Assembly (NCBI GenBank): GCA_035697845.1
Contig: DASSCI010000015.1
Span: forward strand, 1 to 60,492
Length of the DNA stretch: 60,492 nt
Direction of reading: 5' to 3'
Origin: Candidatus Limnocylindria bacterium
GTDB taxonomy: Bacteria; Chloroflexota; Limnocylindria; QHBO01
The notes under the pieces are model-generated. The model made no database searches. It saw only the letters and a list, made by a program, of their open reading frames with translations, and was not told the DNA's origin. Positions 37,146 through 45,626 of this stretch are shown piece by piece. The first letter of the stretch is position 1, and the number at the start of each line of letters is the position of its first letter. Both the position numbers and the translations under genes were made by a program.

Positions 37146-37367
37146 ATGCGGCTGAAGCTGCCCGAGGTCGGCGAGCAGCGCAAGTACGAGCATCGCCGGC
37201 CACAGCGGCCGACGCACCTGGCACGGCGCCTCACGCCGCCGCCGGAGCGAGCCGAGCCACCCGACCTGACCCTGTTCATCTACGCCGGGATCGTCCTGGC
37301 GGTGATCCTGGTCATCGTGGCCGTGCCATACCTGATCGGCTACCTGTTCGAGGTCATCCGCCTGTAG
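37146..37367 (+). CDS. Small membrane protein (73 aa), basic N-terminus + one TM helix
   Basis: The ATG lies 17 nt after the transketolase-like stop. The protein ends in LTLFIYAGIVLAVILVIVAVPYLIGYLFEVIRL. Confidence 0.45.
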   Translation: MRLKLPEVGEQRKYEHRRPQRPTHLARRLTPPPERAEPPDLTLFIYAGIVLAVILVIVAVPYLIGYLFEVIRL

Positions 37368-37377
37368 GGCGTCGGGT

Positions 37378-38172
37378 TCAGGCCTGGGCGGTCCACACCC
37401 ACACGGCGTCGTCCTCGACCTTGACCCGCGGGCGAACCAGGTCCGGCAGCTCGATGGGGTAGGCCTTCGCGTCGCCGCGGTACCCACCGTCCTTCCTCCA
37501 CGCATTTCGGCCGTTGGCGAGCCGCCCGGCCAGGTCGAAGCTGGCCCCGTGGCACGGGCACCTGAAGTCCGCCCAGTCGGGCCGGAAGTGGAGCGTGCAG
37601 CCCATGTGGGTGCAGACCGATGACAGCGCCCGAATGGTGCCCGCATCGTTGACCACGAAGCCGTCGAACGCCGCCGTGCTGAAGCGGACGGCGCTGCCGG
37701 GCGGCACGTCCGAAACGCTGGCAACCTCGGTCCAGAAGCCGTCGCCTGCCACCAGCTGGTCGTCGTCAGCGATCTGCCGCTGTTGCGTGCGGCTCCCGAG
37801 CGACACGCCGATGACGCCCGCGGCCATGCCGGCCGCGGCGCCGAGCCCGGCCTGGAGCACCTGGCGGCGCGACAGGCGCCAGCGGCCCGAGCCGGACGGA
37901 CGTGGCTGCTCGCGGACCGGCGGCGGCCGCTGCACGGAGGCGATGCCCGCGTCGGCCTGGCGCATGCGGAGGCGCAGCTGCTCGACGAAGGCCGGGTCGG
38001 GCGTGGTGGCGGCGCGGACGCTGGCCGCGAGCTCGGCCGCCATGCGTGCCATCTCGGCCTCGTCGCGGTCGCCCACCGCCTCGGGCGAGGGGCGGCCCTC
38101 GCCGAGCAGCGCCTCGAGGTAGGTGTCGAAGCGGGCGGCCGCGTCGTCGACGGGTCGCTCGTCGTCAGCCAT
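37378..38172 (-). CDS. Membrane protein with a cytoplasmic N-terminal domain, Tat-like signal anchor and extracytoplasmic Rieske [2Fe-2S] domain; candidate anti-sigma factor
   Basis: ATG 38172 overlaps the sigma-factor stop by 8 nt. It has RLSRRQVLQAGLGAAAGMAAGVIGV followed by CTHMGC...CPCHGA Rieske boxes. Confidence 0.8.
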   Translation of the reverse strand: MADDERPVDDAAARFDTYLEALLGEGRPSPEAVGDRDEAEMARMAAELAASVRAATTPDPAFVEQLRLRMRQADAGIASVQRPPPVREQPRPSGSGRWRLSRRQVLQAGLGAAAGMAAGVIGVSLGSRTQQRQIADDDQLVAGDGFWTEVASVSDVPPGSAVRFSTAAFDGFVVNDAGTIRALSSVCTHMGCTLHFRPDWADFRCPCHGASFDLAGRLANGRNAWRKDGGYRGDAKAYPIELPDLVRPRVKVEDDAVWVWTAQA

Positions 38173-38677
38173 CGCTCGCCTCTCCCAGCAGGGCCGCACG
38201 CCGCAGCGCGCGGTACTGCAGCACGCGGGCATTGCCGTTGCTGATTCCCATGGCCGTGGCGGTCTCGGCGACGCTCAGGCGTTCCAGGAAGCGGAGCTCG
38301 AGCACGCGCCGATAATGATCCGGCAGCCGCCGTAGCAGTGCCTGGACGCGCACGGCGCTGCGCTCGTCGGGATCCGCGGCCGGCCTGCTGTCGTCAGCCG
38401 GCTCCCAGCCGGGCGCGACATGATCGGTCCCGACCAGCGGCAGCCGGTAGAACGCGCGCCAATAGTCGGCGGTCGCGTTGTGCGCGACCCGATACAGCCA
38501 CGCGGCGATCTGACCGGGTTCGCGGCTCGTGTCGAGCTGCTCGACGGCACGCACGAACACCTGCGCCGTCAGGTCCTCCGCATCTGGATGGTTGCCGACG
38601 CGCGCGTAGATGAACCGATAGATGCCGACGACGTGCTCGTCGTAGACCTTCTCGAACGGACCCGGACCGGTGGACAT
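38165..38677 (-). CDS. ECF-type sigma-70 family RNA polymerase sigma factor
   Basis: Region 2 reads IYRFIYARVGNHPDAEDLTAQVF...WLYRVAHNATADYWR. Region 4 reads YRRVLELRFLERLSVAETATAMGISNGNARVLQYRALRR. Confidence 0.9.
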   Translation of the reverse strand: MSTGPGPFEKVYDEHVVGIYRFIYARVGNHPDAEDLTAQVFVRAVEQLDTSREPGQIAAWLYRVAHNATADYWRAFYRLPLVGTDHVAPGWEPADDSRPAADPDERSAVRVQALLRRLPDHYRRVLELRFLERLSVAETATAMGISNGNARVLQYRALRRAALLGEASDG

Positions 38678-38701
38678 CTCACCGATGCGGTACGTGCGTG
38701 G

Positions 38702-39190
38702 TTACGACCGCGGTCGCAGCGGCGCGACCAGGGCGGCGACCTCTTCGAGGAAGCGGGCATCCATGTCGTCGAAGGCATCGTGATCCGAGCCGTCGATGTC
38801 GATCTCGCCGATGACCTCGCCGCCGTCGAAGATCGGGACCACGATCTCGCTCCTGGTGCTGGCGAAGCAGGCGAGATAGCGCGGGTCGGCGTTGACGTCG
38901 GGCACGATCTCGGTCGTCCCGGAGGCGGCGGCCGCGCCGCACACGCCGGTCCCGATCGGGATGCGGGTGTGCTCGGTTGCCTGCGGGCCGACCCATGGCC
39001 CGAGCACCAGGTCCGAGCCGTCGACCCAGTAGATGCCGACCCAGTCGTAGTGGCCGAAGCGGTCGTGCAGCATGTCGACCGCGCGCTGTGCCGCGGCGGA
39101 CGGATCGGGCTCCTCGGCGATCTCGGCGCGCAGCGCGTTGAGCGCGTCGCCGTGCACGACCGGGCGCTCCTCGGCGATCGGGTGGCTCAC
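38702..39190 (-). CDS. GAF-domain protein, free methionine-(R)-sulfoxide reductase (fRMsr/YebR)-like
   Basis: 162 aa. Motifs WVGIYWV, GTGVCGAAA, DPRYLACF..SEIVVPI and GEIDIDG match the single-GAF fRMsr family. Confidence 0.7.
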   Translation of the reverse strand: MSHPIAEERPVVHGDALNALRAEIAEEPDPSAAAQRAVDMLHDRFGHYDWVGIYWVDGSDLVLGPWVGPQATEHTRIPIGTGVCGAAAASGTTEIVPDVNADPRYLACFASTRSEIVVPIFDGGEVIGEIDIDGSDHDAFDDMDARFLEEVAALVAPLRPRS

Positions 39191-39564
39191 TGCGTCGAGG
39201 CCCAGCGATCCGCCCAGCGGTCGATCCCGGCGATCGCGCCGCGCAGGTCGGCGCCCTTGGTCGTGAGCGAGTACTCGACCCAGGGCGGCACGGCGCTGAT
39301 GGCACGGCGCTCGATGAGCCCCTCGTCCTCGAGCATCTTCAGGCGCTGCGACAGCGTGGCCGAGTTGGCCCCGCCCAGCGCGTCCTGCAGCTCACAGAAG
39401 CGCTGGGTGCGGTCACCCAGGACGCGGATGATGCGCATCACCCACTTCTGGCCGAGCACGTTCAGCGCGGCCGTTGCGGCGCATTCCGAGCGCTGCGCAG
39501 CCGCTCGGCGCGCGGCGCGCGAGCGATTCGCTCCGGAGGCGGTGGGGGAGAGCCCGGCGTCCAT
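39187..39564 (-). CDS. HxlR-family transcriptional regulator
   Basis: LGQKWVMRIIRVL...RFCELQDAL...SQRLKMLEDEGLIERR...PPWVEYSLT is the HxlR wHTH signature. It overlaps the GAF gene by 4 nt. Confidence 0.85.
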   Translation of the reverse strand: MDAGLSPTASGANRSRAARRAAAQRSECAATAALNVLGQKWVMRIIRVLGDRTQRFCELQDALGGANSATLSQRLKMLEDEGLIERRAISAVPPWVEYSLTTKGADLRGAIAGIDRWADRWASTQ

Positions 39565-39623
39565 CAGGACGCGAACCCTAGCACCGCCTCCGGCAACCGA
39601 TCAACCGAGCACGGCGGGCGGGG

Positions 39624-40010
39624 TCAGCCCTCCACCGTGATCGTCATGTTCATGTCCGGGTGGATCTTGCAGGTGATGTTGTAGGTCCCCGGCTCGTCGA
39701 AGGTGACCTCGATGTCGCTGCCGCCATCCTCGTCGACGATCGGATCCTCGGCCGCCTCGCCATCAGTGCCCTCGGTGACCGTGTGGTTTGCCGTATCGGT
39801 GAAGGTCACGGTCGTGCCGGCCGGGATGGTCAGATCCGACGGCGAGAAGGCGAACCCGGCGAGCGAGACGGTCTCGCCGCCACCGCTGCCGCCGTCGTCG
39901 GTTGCCGCGCCACCGCCATCGGCCGCCGGGGCCGAGCTCGCGCCGCCGCTACTGCAGGCTGCCAGCAGCAGGACCAGGATCAGGATCGCCAGGGGTCGGG
40001 ATCGGTGCAC
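39624..40010 (-). CDS. Cupredoxin (blue copper) lipoprotein, amicyanin-like ligand loop
   Basis: Lipobox LLLAAC. Upstream His in NHTVTEG. The C-terminal ligand loop is CKIHPDM (C-x2-H-x2-M). Confidence 0.8.
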   Translation of the reverse strand: MHRSRPLAILILVLLLAACSSGGASSAPAADGGGAATDDGGSGGGETVSLAGFAFSPSDLTIPAGTTVTFTDTANHTVTEGTDGEAAEDPIVDEDGGSDIEVTFDEPGTYNITCKIHPDMNMTITVEG

Positions 40011-40027
40011 TATCGGCCTCCTCGTGT

Positions 40028-40480
40028 TCAGCCTTCGACCGTGACGGTCAGCTGCATGGATGGGTGGATCTCGCAGGTGATGTCGTACGTGCCCGGCTCG
40101 TCGAACGTGACGCGCACGCTGCGGTTCTGGGCGATCTCGCGATCGACGATCGGGTCATCCACCGCCTGCCCGCCGGTCCCCTCGGTCACGGTGTGCGTGT
40201 AGCTGTCGGCATTGAGGAAGAGGACCGTGGTGCCGGCGGGGATGGTCAGCTCGGACGGGTCGAAGTTCGACGACTCGAGCCGGACGCGGACCTCCTCCGC
40301 GGTCGCCTCCTCGGATGGCTCGGCGGACTCGCTCTCCTCGGCGCTGGGACTGGCCGACGGCGTCGCGGCCTCGGTCGCCGATGGCGTCGGCGGCTCGGTC
40401 GCCGATGGCGAGGCCGCGGGCGAGGCACAGGCGGCCAGCACGAGAGCCAGGATTCCGATGAGCGCGGCGGATCGGTGCAT
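40028..40480 (-). CDS. Cupredoxin (blue copper) lipoprotein, tandem paralogue
   Basis: Lipobox LVLAAC. YTHTVTEG. Ligand loop CEIHPSM. It has a longer Ser/Pro/Glu/Ala-rich linker than its neighbour. Confidence 0.8.
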   Translation of the reverse strand: MHRSAALIGILALVLAACASPAASPSATEPPTPSATEAATPSASPSAEESESAEPSEEATAEEVRVRLESSNFDPSELTIPAGTTVLFLNADSYTHTVTEGTGGQAVDDPIVDREIAQNRSVRVTFDEPGTYDITCEIHPSMQLTVTVEG

Positions 40481-40670
40481 GTGGTCGAGGGCTCCTTTGT
40501 GGATGCGAAAGTCGGGGTTTCCGTCGCCTCATACGAGCATGGTTACGACCTGCGCGAGCGCGAACAGCTCGACCAGATGCATCGGCGACCGGGGCCCTGA
40601 CCTCATTTGACGCCCTCCGATGCCGCCCGCATAGTGCTGTGGCCCACTCATCTTCGCCCCAGCGTCGAGC

Positions 40671-41435
40671 ATGCCGCAGACCATCTACGTGTCGCCCCGC
40701 TCCGTCGGGGCTCACGACACCCGACCTCCGGCGGTGGTCACCACCGACCTCGCCCGCCTCTTCGCTGGCAGCCCCGCGCTCGCCGGCGTATCGCTGCAGG
40801 TGACGGCCGGCCGGACGATCGCGCTGCTCGGCCCGAATGGCGCCGGCAAGACGACCCTGATGCGGATCCTCGCCACCGCCATCCGGCCCTCGTACGGGTC
40901 TGCGGCAGTCGACGGCATCGATCTCGGCCGCGACGCGGACCGCGTCCGTGAGCGCGTCGCGTACCTCTCGCACGCCACCGGCCTGTACGACGATCTGACC
41001 GCGCGCGAGAACCTCGCCTTCGCCGCCACCCTGCTGGGCACGCCGGACCGCGATGCCCGCGTGGAGCGGGCGCTGTCGGACGTCGGCCTGCTGGAGCGTT
41101 CGACCGACCGCGTGCGCGACTTCTCGGCCGGCATGCGCAAGCGGCTGGCCCTCGGCCGCATCCTTCTCGGAAGCGCATCGCTCGTCCTGCTGGACGAGCC
41201 GCTCGCCGCGCTCGACGAGGACGGCATGGAGCTGATCGAGGCGCTGCTGGGCGCGTGGAGGGAGGTTGGCGTGACGGTGCTGATCGCCTCGCACGCCACC
41301 GAGCGCCTGGACCCGTTCCTGGATGGGCGCGTCGTGCTGGAGCGTGGCCTGGTGGCCGACGTTTCCGGCGATGGAGTAAGCAGCACGCCACCGACGCTGC
41401 CGGCGACGGCGCGCCCCGCGGTGGTTGCCCGATGA
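40671..41435 (+). CDS. ccmA: Haem exporter ATP-binding protein CcmA
   Basis: Walker A GPNGAGKTT, signature FSAGMRKRL, Walker B LVLLDEPL. It is the first gene of the ccm cluster. The start may be an internal GTG (VVTTDL...). Confidence 0.85.
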   Translation: MPQTIYVSPRSVGAHDTRPPAVVTTDLARLFAGSPALAGVSLQVTAGRTIALLGPNGAGKTTLMRILATAIRPSYGSAAVDGIDLGRDADRVRERVAYLSHATGLYDDLTARENLAFAATLLGTPDRDARVERALSDVGLLERSTDRVRDFSAGMRKRLALGRILLGSASLVLLDEPLAALDEDGMELIEALLGAWREVGVTVLIASHATERLDPFLDGRVVLERGLVADVSGDGVSSTPPTLPATARPAVVAR

Positions 41436-42121
41436 GCGCGCTTCGGCACGAGGCGTCGATGGCGCTCGCCATTGCGCGCAAGGATGCCCTGGCCGAGCTG
41501 CGTGGACGGCACGCCGCCGTGAGCACCCTGTTCTTCGCGGCCGTCGTCCTGCTGCTGTTCGGCTTCGCGCTCGGGCCGGACGCGCAGCTGCTGGCGGACG
41601 CGGCACCGGGCCTCCTGTGGCTGGCGCTCGTCTTTGCGGGTGTGCTGGCAGTCAATCGGCTCCATCTGCTCGAGACTGATGACGGGGCGCTCGAGCAGCT
41701 GGCGCTCTACCCGATCACGCGCCGCGCGATCTACGCCGGCAAGGCCGTGGGCGGCTTCGTCGTGATGCTGGTCCTGGGGCTCATCGTGCTCAGTGCGGTC
41801 GGCATCCTCTTCGCGGTGGACGTGGTGGGTGCGCTGCTCCCGCTTCTCGCCACGGTGGTGCTCGGGGCGGTCGGTATCGCGGCCGTCGGCACCTTCTACG
41901 CCGGCGTCACCGTGCGGCTGCGGGCGCGCGAGGTGATGCTGCCGCTGCTCATGCTGCCGGTCCTGGCGCCACTCCTGCTCGGCGCGGTCAAGGCCACGGC
42001 GGCGGCGCTGTCCGGCGACCCGTTCGGCGAACTCGGCGCCTGGCTGCAGCTGCTGGTGGCGTACGACGTGGTCATGCTCGTCGCCGGTGCCGCCACGTAC
42101 GGCTACCTGCTGGAGGACTGA
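41432..42121 (+). CDS. ccmB: Haem exporter membrane protein CcmB
   Basis: ATGA overlap with ccmA. 229 aa with six TM helices. The position and size fit CcmB. Confidence 0.8.
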   Translation: MSALRHEASMALAIARKDALAELRGRHAAVSTLFFAAVVLLLFGFALGPDAQLLADAAPGLLWLALVFAGVLAVNRLHLLETDDGALEQLALYPITRRAIYAGKAVGGFVVMLVLGLIVLSAVGILFAVDVVGALLPLLATVVLGAVGIAAVGTFYAGVTVRLRAREVMLPLLMLPVLAPLLLGAVKATAAALSGDPFGELGAWLQLLVAYDVVMLVAGAATYGYLLED

Positions 42122-42837
42122 TGAAGACCCGCATCCTGGGCGCGGTGGCGCTCATCGCCGTGGCAGCCATGGTCCTCGTTGCGCTGTTCGTCGTCCCGGC
42201 CGATCTCAATCAGGGCGACGCCCAGCGGATCATGTACCCCCACGTCGCATCCGCGTGGCTGGGCTACCTGTCGTTCGGCGTCACCGCCGCGGCCGGCATC
42301 GGCTGGCTGTGGAAGCGCGACATCCGGTTCGACGCGGTTGCGCTGTCGGCCGCCGAGATCGGCGTGGTCTTCACCGCCTTTGCCATCTGGGGCGGCATGA
42401 TGTGGGGCGACCCGGTGTGGGGCGTCATGTGGCAGTGGGAGGATCCGCGGCTCACCACCACCGCGCTCCTGCTGGCGCTGTACGTCGGCTACCTGCTGCT
42501 GCGCCACCTGACCGATGACCCCGAGCGTCGCGCGACGCGTGCCGCGATCGTCGGCATCGTGGCCGCCGTCGACATCCCGATCGTCCACTTCAGCGTCGAG
42601 TGGTGGCGTGGCCTGCACCAGACGGCGACCATCGGCGCGCCGGATCGCGTGCTGAACCCCGCTGCGCCGATGATCTTCGTCGGCACCCTGCTCGGCATGC
42701 TGGCCGCCTTCACGCTGGCCTGGGTCTACCTGATGATCCGTCGCTACCAGCTCGCCCGCCTGGAGGTCCAGCGCGAGGAGGCGGCACGTGTCGAGCGGCT
42801 CATGAGCCGGCGCGAGACGGCGGAGGTGGCCCGATGA
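42121..42837 (+). CDS. ccmC: Haem exporter protein CcmC
   Basis: The Trp-rich WWD-type loop reads WGGMMWGDPVWGVMWQWEDPRLTTT. Confidence 0.85.
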   Translation: MKTRILGAVALIAVAAMVLVALFVVPADLNQGDAQRIMYPHVASAWLGYLSFGVTAAAGIGWLWKRDIRFDAVALSAAEIGVVFTAFAIWGGMMWGDPVWGVMWQWEDPRLTTTALLLALYVGYLLLRHLTDDPERRATRAAIVGIVAAVDIPIVHFSVEWWRGLHQTATIGAPDRVLNPAAPMIFVGTLLGMLAAFTLAWVYLMIRRYQLARLEVQREEAARVERLMSRRETAEVAR

Positions 42838-42956
42838 CCGACGCGGGCTACGTCATCGCCGCCTACGGCGTGATCATCGGCGGCCTGGCGCTGTACGCCT
42901 TCAGCCTGATGCGCCGCCTTGCCTCGAAGCGCGACCATCACGACGAGGCTCGATGA
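42834..42956 (+). CDS. ccmD: CcmD-like small membrane protein (40 aa)
   Basis: It has ATGA overlaps at both ends. The product is MTDAGYVIAAYGVIIGGLALYAFSLMRRL..., a single TM helix in the canonical ccmD position. Confidence 0.65.
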   Translation: MTDAGYVIAAYGVIIGGLALYAFSLMRRLASKRDHHDEAR

Positions 42957-43417
42957 CGGTCTCCGTCCCGACCGAGCCGACCCTGTCGCCGCCTCGGCGA
43001 CCGTGGGGCATCGTGGTCCTGGTCGCCGTGGTGCTGGTCGTCGTCGCCTATCTGGCCTTCTCGAGCATCGGCAACGCGCTGGTCTACTACCTGACGCCCA
43101 CCGAGCTGCTCGACCGCGGCCAGGCCGCCATCGGCGAGACCGTACGCCTGGGCGGCCAGGTGGCGATGGGCAGCGTCGAGGGGCCGGCGACCGATCTCAC
43201 CTTCGTCCTGACCGATGGGGAGACCGACATCACGGTCCACTCCAACGCGGCCCCGACGCGCTCGTTCCGCGAGGGCGGCGGCGCCGTCGTCGAGGGCCGG
43301 CTGGGCGTGAACGGGGTGTTCGAGGCGAACCGCGTCATCGTCAAGCACGACGAGAACTACCAGGCGCCTGAGCCCGGCACGCAGCCGTCGGACCGCGCCT
43401 TCGATCCGGGGGAATAG
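42953..43417 (+). CDS. ccmE: Cytochrome c-type biogenesis haem chaperone CcmE
   Basis: An N-terminal anchor, an OB-fold region and the haem-binding VKHDENY motif. Confidence 0.9.
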   Translation: MTVSVPTEPTLSPPRRPWGIVVLVAVVLVVVAYLAFSSIGNALVYYLTPTELLDRGQAAIGETVRLGGQVAMGSVEGPATDLTFVLTDGETDITVHSNAAPTRSFREGGGAVVEGRLGVNGVFEANRVIVKHDENYQAPEPGTQPSDRAFDPGE

Positions 43418-43431
43418 CGCTCGTGCGCCGC

Positions 43432-43610
43432 GATCTATCGAGCCTGGACCACCGGAGCGGACGTCCACGCGCGATGTCCGCGACATATCGAGAGGCACGC
43501 AGCATGAGCTGCGCCGATGCGCACGCCTCGTGCACGCGAGGGCTCGGTACATCGCGGAAACGCAGCGCGGGACAGGTCTCGTGTGAAGTCGGCTCGATCT
43601 ATCGAGAGGC
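43432..43610 (+). repeat. Three copies of a (G)A(T/C)(C/A)TATCGAG(A/C) motif in the ccmE-ccmF spacer
   Basis: The copies are GATCTATCGAGCC at 43432, ACATATCGAGAGGC at 43483 and GATCTATCGAGAGGC at 43596. The core TATCGAG sits at 43436, 43486 and 43600. All were read directly from the sequence. Confidence 0.8.
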
Positions 43611-43616
43611 CGCCTG

Positions 43617-45626
43617 GTGATCCCGACCATAGGCCACGCCGCGATCCTCATCGGCCTGGCGCTGACGGTCTACGCCGCCGTCGCGTACGTCCTGTCGGCG
43701 CGCCGCGGGGACCGGCGCGCGGCGACCAGCGCGCGACGCGCCGTCATCGGCTCGTTCGTGGCCGCCCTGGTTGGCTGCCTGGCCATGGTGATCTCGCTGC
43801 TGGCGCACGACTTCAGCGTCCTGTACGTGGCCGAGAACAACGCCACCACCACGCCGCCCTTCATCAGCGCCATCAGCCTGTGGGCGGCGCTCGAGGGATC
43901 GATCCTGTTCTGGACGCTGCTGGCCACCGGCTGGGCATCGCTGGTCCTGTGGCGCAACCGCGACCGGCACCGCGCGCTGATGCCCTGGGTCGGGGCGACG
44001 CTGGCCGGCGTGAACGCCTTCTTCTTCGCCGTCATGACGTGGCCGGGCAACCCGTTCCTGCGGACGTCGCCGGTGGCGGCGGAGGGGATCGGTCCGAACG
44101 CGCTGCTCCAGAACCACCCGTTCATGGCGCTCCACCCGCCGCTGCTGTACCTCGGGTACACCGGTATGGCGGTGCCGTTCGCGTTCGGCGTGGCGGCGCT
44201 GGTCACGAAGCGCCTGGACGAGGAGTGGCTGCGGATCGTGCGACGCTGGACGCTCATCCCATGGATCTTCCTGACGCTCGGCATCACCGCCGGCGCCTGG
44301 TGGAGCTACGAGGTCCTGGGCTGGGGCGGGTACTGGGCGTGGGATCCGGTCGAGAATGCCGCGCTCCTGCCGTGGCTGACCGCGACCGCCTTCGTGCACT
44401 CCTCGATGGTGGCCGAGCGTCGCGGCGGCCTCCGCATCTGGACCGGCGCGCTGGTGGTGGCGACCTTCGTGCTGACCCTGGTCGGCACCTTCCTGACGCG
44501 ATCCGGGATCGTCGCCAGCGTGCATTCGTTCACGCAGTCCGCCATCGGGCCGTGGTTCCTCGGAGGGATCCTGGTCGCGCTGACGGTCGGCCTGGGCCTG
44601 CTCATCTGGCGGCTGCCGGAGCTGATCGGTGGCAGCCGAGCGTCGGGCACGGTCAGCCGTGAGTCCGCCTTCCTGCTGAACAACGTGCTCTTCCTGGGGC
44701 TGACCTTCGCCGTCCTGTTCGGGACGCTGCTGCCCCTCATGGTGGCGGCCACCAGCGGCGACACGATCAGCGTCGGCGCCCCGTGGTTCAACTCGGTCAC
44801 CGTGCCGATCTTCGTCGCCCTCCTCTTCCTGATGGGCGTCGGACCCGCGCTGCCGTGGGGCACGGCGTCCTGGTCGACGCTGCGTCAGCGGTTCAGCCTG
44901 CCGGTCGTCGTGGGGGTCGCGGCGGTCGGCATCGCGCTCGTGTTTGGGCTGCGTCAGACCGGCGCACTCGGCACGCTGGGCCTCGCCGCCTTCGTTGCCA
45001 CGGTCATGGCCGACGAGGTCGTTCGCGGCGCGCGCGCACGTTCCCGTGGGCGCGGGGAGGACCCCGCCACCGCCACCTGGCGCCTCGCCAGCCGGAACCG
45101 CCGTCGGTACGGAGGCTACGCGGTCCATTTCGGCGTGCTCGTCATGGCCGTCGCGGTGGCGATCTCGTCGGGGCTGGCGATCGATCGGACCGTGACCCTG
45201 GCGCCCGGCGAGACCGCGAGCATCGGCCCGTACCGCATTACCCACCAACAGCTGGTGGTCGAGCCACTGGCCGATGACGCCAGGGTCATCGAGACCCGGG
45301 CGGAGCTCGCCTACGACGGCCCGCAGTCGGGCACGCTGGCCACGGCCCTCCGCGACTATCCGAGCTCGGCAACCGCCATCGCCACGCCGGCGGTGCGCAC
45401 GTCGCTGGGCGAGGACCTGTACGTGACGCTGCTCGCCTCCGATCCGGACACCGGCGCGGTCACCCTCCACCTGTTCGTCAACCCGATGGTGGCCTGGATC
45501 TGGATCGGCGGCGCGATCATCGGGGTGGCCTCCGCCTTCGCCGTCTGGCCCGAGCGCCGCCGCCAGCCCTCCGTTGCGCGGGAAGGGGCTCCCGCGCCAG
45601 CGGCCGCACCGGCAGAGGGAGCCTGA
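43617..45626 (+). CDS. ccmF: Cytochrome c-type biogenesis protein CcmF (haem lyase subunit)
   Basis: GTG start. 669 aa, polytopic. WWD motif LGWGGYWAWDPVENAAL. Confidence 0.9.
   Translation: MIPTIGHAAILIGLALTVYAAVAYVLSARRGDRRAATSARRAVIGSFVAALVGCLAMVISLLAHDFSVLYVAENNATTTPPFISAISLWAALEGSILFWTLLATGWASLVLWRNRDRHRALMPWVGATLAGVNAFFFAVMTWPGNPFLRTSPVAAEGIGPNALLQNHPFMALHPPLLYLGYTGMAVPFAFGVAALVTKRLDEEWLRIVRRWTLIPWIFLTLGITAGAWWSYEVLGWGGYWAWDPVENAALLPWLTATAFVHSSMVAERRGGLRIWTGALVVATFVLTLVGTFLTRSGIVASVHSFTQSAIGPWFLGGILVALTVGLGLLIWRLPELIGGSRASGTVSRESAFLLNNVLFLGLTFAVLFGTLLPLMVAATSGDTISVGAPWFNSVTVPIFVALLFLMGVGPALPWGTASWSTLRQRFSLPVVVGVAAVGIALVFGLRQTGALGTLGLAAFVATVMADEVVRGARARSRGRGEDPATATWRLASRNRRRYGGYAVHFGVLVMAVAVAISSGLAIDRTVTLAPGETASIGPYRITHQQLVVEPLADDARVIETRAELAYDGPQSGTLATALRDYPSSATAIATPAVRTSLGEDLYVTLLASDPDTGAVTLHLFVNPMVAWIWIGGAIIGVASAFAVWPERRRQPSVAREGAPAPAAAPAEGA

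Noticed and set aside
43423-43620. 65-aa ORF filling the ccmE-ccmF spacer.
   Set aside because: It has many A/T-ending codons (cta, gga, cgt, cca, aca, tat, cga), unlike neighbouring genes, and no motif. It runs into the ccmF start. I treat the region as non-coding with repeats; see the ccm spacer finding.
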